From Azorhizobium sp. AG788 (GTDB lineage: Bacteria > Pseudomonadota > Alphaproteobacteria > Caulobacterales > Hyphomonadaceae): a stretch of 26,838 nt of DNA. This document shows, piece by piece, positions 25,037 to 26,838 of this stretch (its first letter is position 1; every line of letters starts with the position of its first letter). The stretch spans positions 1 through 26,838 of the forward strand of contig CALRWU020000001.1 in the NCBI GenBank assembly GCA_943371945.1. Direction: 5' to 3'. A program made the translations under genes and the position numbers. A model generated the notes under the pieces. The model ran no database searches. It was given only the letters and a program-made list of their open reading frames with translations, and was not told the DNA's origin.

Positions 25037-25396
25037 ATGGCCAAGATTCTTCTCGCCGAGGACGATGACAGCCTTCGCGGCTTTCTCGTGAACGCGCTCA
25101 AGCGCGCGGGTCACGTCGTGAAGGATTTCGACGAGGGGCGTTCGGCCCTGAAAGCGCTCGAACGCGAAGTGTTCGATCTCCTGCTCACCGACATCGTCAT
25201 GCCCGGCCTCGACGGCATCGAACTGGCGCGCCGCGGCTCCGAACTCGACCCCGCCATGAAGATCGTCTTCATCACGGGCTTTGCTGGCGTTGCGCTGTCG
25301 GCAGGCGGCCCCCAGCCGGCAGGCGCCAAGGTGCTCTCCAAGCCCTTCCACCTCCGCGAACTGGTCGACGAGGTCGAGCGCGTGATGGCGGCCTGA
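25037..25396 (+). CDS. cpdR: Single-domain response regulator CpdR (ClpXP adaptor)
   Basis: MAKILLAEDDDSLRGFL..ALKRAG...DLLLTDIVMPGLDGIELAR...FITGFA.VAL...AKVLSKPFHLRELVDEVE; divergent from the amidohydrolase as is usual for cpdR. ATG at 25037. Confidence 0.93.
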   Translation: MAKILLAEDDDSLRGFLVNALKRAGHVVKDFDEGRSALKALEREVFDLLLTDIVMPGLDGIELARRGSELDPAMKIVFITGFAGVALSAGGPQPAGAKVLSKPFHLRELVDEVERVMAA

Positions 25397-25540
25397 GCCG
25401 CCGCCTGCGCCCGCACACCTGAAATCCTGCACAAATTCGAGAACAACCGGCAGCCTTGTCCGGCGCCGTACGCTTGAGGCGACAGCCACATGCTACCGTA
25501 TGTGTGTGGTGGAGCAGCCGATCACGCCACTCTTCCCGCG

Positions 25541-25578
25541 AATTGCTGCCGTTCCAGGGGCTGTGAACGGCAGCAATT
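25541..25578. other. Perfect 14-bp hairpin downstream of cpdR (terminator or sRNA element)
   Basis: AATTGCTGCCGTTC-(10 nt)-GAACGGCAGCAATT, extendable by GCG/CGC. Confidence 0.65.
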
Positions 25579-25619
25579 TTCGCACTGCAGTGTCACGCCG
25601 CGCTGGATTCGGCTTGGAT

Positions 25620-25644
25620 GGAACTATCGCGTCGAGCCTTCGTT
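25620..25644 (+). promoter_or_regulatory. sigma-EcfG/SigT general stress promoter
   Basis: Exact GGAAC-N16-CGTT (GGAAC-TATCGCGTCGAGCCTT-CGTT), 63 nt upstream of the GlsB/YeaQ gene. Confidence 0.8.
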
Positions 25645-25707
25645 CTCATTGCGCGTGGTGAGCCGGATGAACTGGCGTCCTCACTCAATCCAAATGCGAG
25701 AGACGGC

Positions 25708-25968
25708 ATGTCGACTGAATCGATTATCATCTGGCTGATCGTTGGCGGCGTCGCGGGGTTTCTGGCCGGCCTCATCGTGAAAGGCTTCGGCTTCGGCCTC
25801 ATCGGAAACATCGTCGTTGGTATTGTCGGCGCGTTCCTCGCGGGCTGGCTGCTGCCGCAAACGGGCATCGCCTTCACGCTCGGCAGCCCGCTTGTCACCT
25901 CCATTTCCTACGCGACCATCGGAGCCGTCGTGCTCCTGCTGATCATCGGCGTTGTGCGACGCGCCTGA
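25708..25968 (+). CDS. GlsB/YeaQ/YmgE-family stress-response membrane protein
   Basis: IIWLIVGGVAGFLAGLIV.G.G.GLIGNIVVGIVGAFLAGWL...ATIGAVVLLLI. ATG at 25708. Confidence 0.93.
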   Translation: MSTESIIIWLIVGGVAGFLAGLIVKGFGFGLIGNIVVGIVGAFLAGWLLPQTGIAFTLGSPLVTSISYATIGAVVLLLIIGVVRRA

Positions 25969-25978
25969 GGCCTGCTCG

Positions 25979-26062
25979 CTAGATCAACGCGGCGGCGCCC
26001 AGCACAAGCAAGGCGCTGCCGATGATGACCCACATGGAAAGCTTGCTGAATGTGTTGAGCAT
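25979..26062 (-). CDS. Putative 27-aa single-TM small protein (MLNTFSKLSMWVIIGSALLVLGAAALI)
   Basis: Last in-frame ATG segment of track ORF 25979-26551; one clean TM helix, GAAGGTG upstream, convergent with the GlsB/YeaQ gene. Confidence 0.4.
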   Translation of the reverse strand: MLNTFSKLSMWVIIGSALLVLGAAALI

Positions 26063-26453
26063 CAAGGACACCTTCAAATTCACCGCATCTCGTACGAGGG
26101 AAGGCACATCGTGAACGGCGCACGCCGATAAGTCGGTACGGCAACCGACTCGGAAGGCGCGGCATCTTTGCCCGGGCCTACGCTCTTCCTTGTCCACAAC
26201 AGTCCGGTACGCATCATCATTGGACGGACGGAACACAACACACACTCTGCGCGCCACCGCGCAGGCCCCATCGACACGCGCCGCACGCCAGCGAGGCTGG
26301 ATGAACGCGTTGAACGCATACGTTATTTGGCGAGCGAGATAACTGGCGTGGCCTTTTTTCGCGTTTCGTGCGTTACTCCAGCATCGGTCGCTCCTCTTAG
26401 GCGCGTGGCTGCCTGAGAGATGCGTGCGCTCCCGCCTCCACAGCGGAGCCTTG

Positions 26454-26838
26454 ATGGCCAGACCCACACAGCCCAATATCCGGAACAGGTTGCTTGCCGC
26501 GTTGGCGCCACCCGAGTTCGCGGCTGTGGCGCCGATGCTCACCCAAGTCACTTTGCAGCTGGGCCAACCGCTTCATCGCGCCGGTGACAACATTGAAGAC
26601 GTCTTCTTCCCGGAGACAGGGTTCATCTCGGCGCTCGCGGTTCTTTCCGATGGCTATCACCTCGAAATCGGTTTGATCGGCGCCGAGGGCGTCGCCGGCG
26701 TATCGGTAGTTCTCGGATCGGATACGTCCTACAGCGAAGCCATGTGTCAGACGGGTGGCATCGCATGGAAGATGGCGGCCGCGAACCTTCGGAAGACCGC
26801 CGCCGAACAGCCGCACTTTCGTGAGCTGTTGCTGAAAT
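26454..26838 (+). CDS. Crp/Fnr-family transcriptional regulator, N-terminal part; runs off the window edge
   Basis: Not in the ORF track; translated by hand: MARPTQPNIRNRLLAALAPPEF...LHRAGDNIEDVFFPETGFIS...EIGLIGAEGVAGV, matching the cNMP-binding-domain pattern N.LL..L / V.FP..G..S / E.G..G.EG. GGAG RBS. Confidence 0.88.
   Translation, partial: MARPTQPNIRNRLLAALAPPEFAAVAPMLTQVTLQLGQPLHRAGDNIEDVFFPETGFISALAVLSDGYHLEIGLIGAEGVAGVSVVLGSDTSYSEAMCQTGGIAWKMAAANLRKTAAEQPHFRELLLK

Noticed and set aside
26168-26416. 82-aa TTG-start ORF upstream of the Crp/Fnr gene
   Set aside because: Atypical codon usage, no RBS or motif; more likely regulatory DNA.

Overview
High-GC (about two-thirds) alphaproteobacterial chromosome segment. 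Gene content (cpdR, CtrA-like boxes, sigma-EcfG promoter, alpha-r8 sRNA, CGTC-type REPs) fits Caulobacterales/Hyphomonadales; the taxon is an inference. The left half (1-14.3 kb) is a loose cell-envelope glycan region: AGE-family epimerase (partial), UDP-glucuronate 4-epimerase, kdsD, kdsB, GT25, polysaccharide deacetylase, NodS-like and FkbM methyltransferases, a histidine phosphatase and a DegT/GnnB-like aminotransferase, interrupted by an S9 peptidase and purU. The right half carries GST, GNAT, acyl-CoA carboxyltransferase, SCP2, lysophospholipase, TerB, hisN, an XRE regulator, N-formylglutamate amidohydrolase, cpdR, a GlsB/YeaQ protein and a partial Crp/Fnr regulator. No tRNA, rRNA, CRISPR array or transposase was seen. 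Most notable: (i) a membrane protein with a GspG/pilin-head-like domain on a ~145-aa Pro/Ala stalk (1653-2708); (ii) a palindrome-rich element at ~17.5-18.15 kb whose ORF reads through REP hairpins; (iii) an unannotated suhB/alpha-r8 (MmgR-like) sRNA at ~23899-23978 overlapping the amidohydrolase 3' end in antisense; (iv) an SNG-variant histidine phosphatase that could replace KdsC; (v) two low-GC orphan genes inserted into housekeeping operons. All family calls are from motif recognition by eye; no database searches were run.
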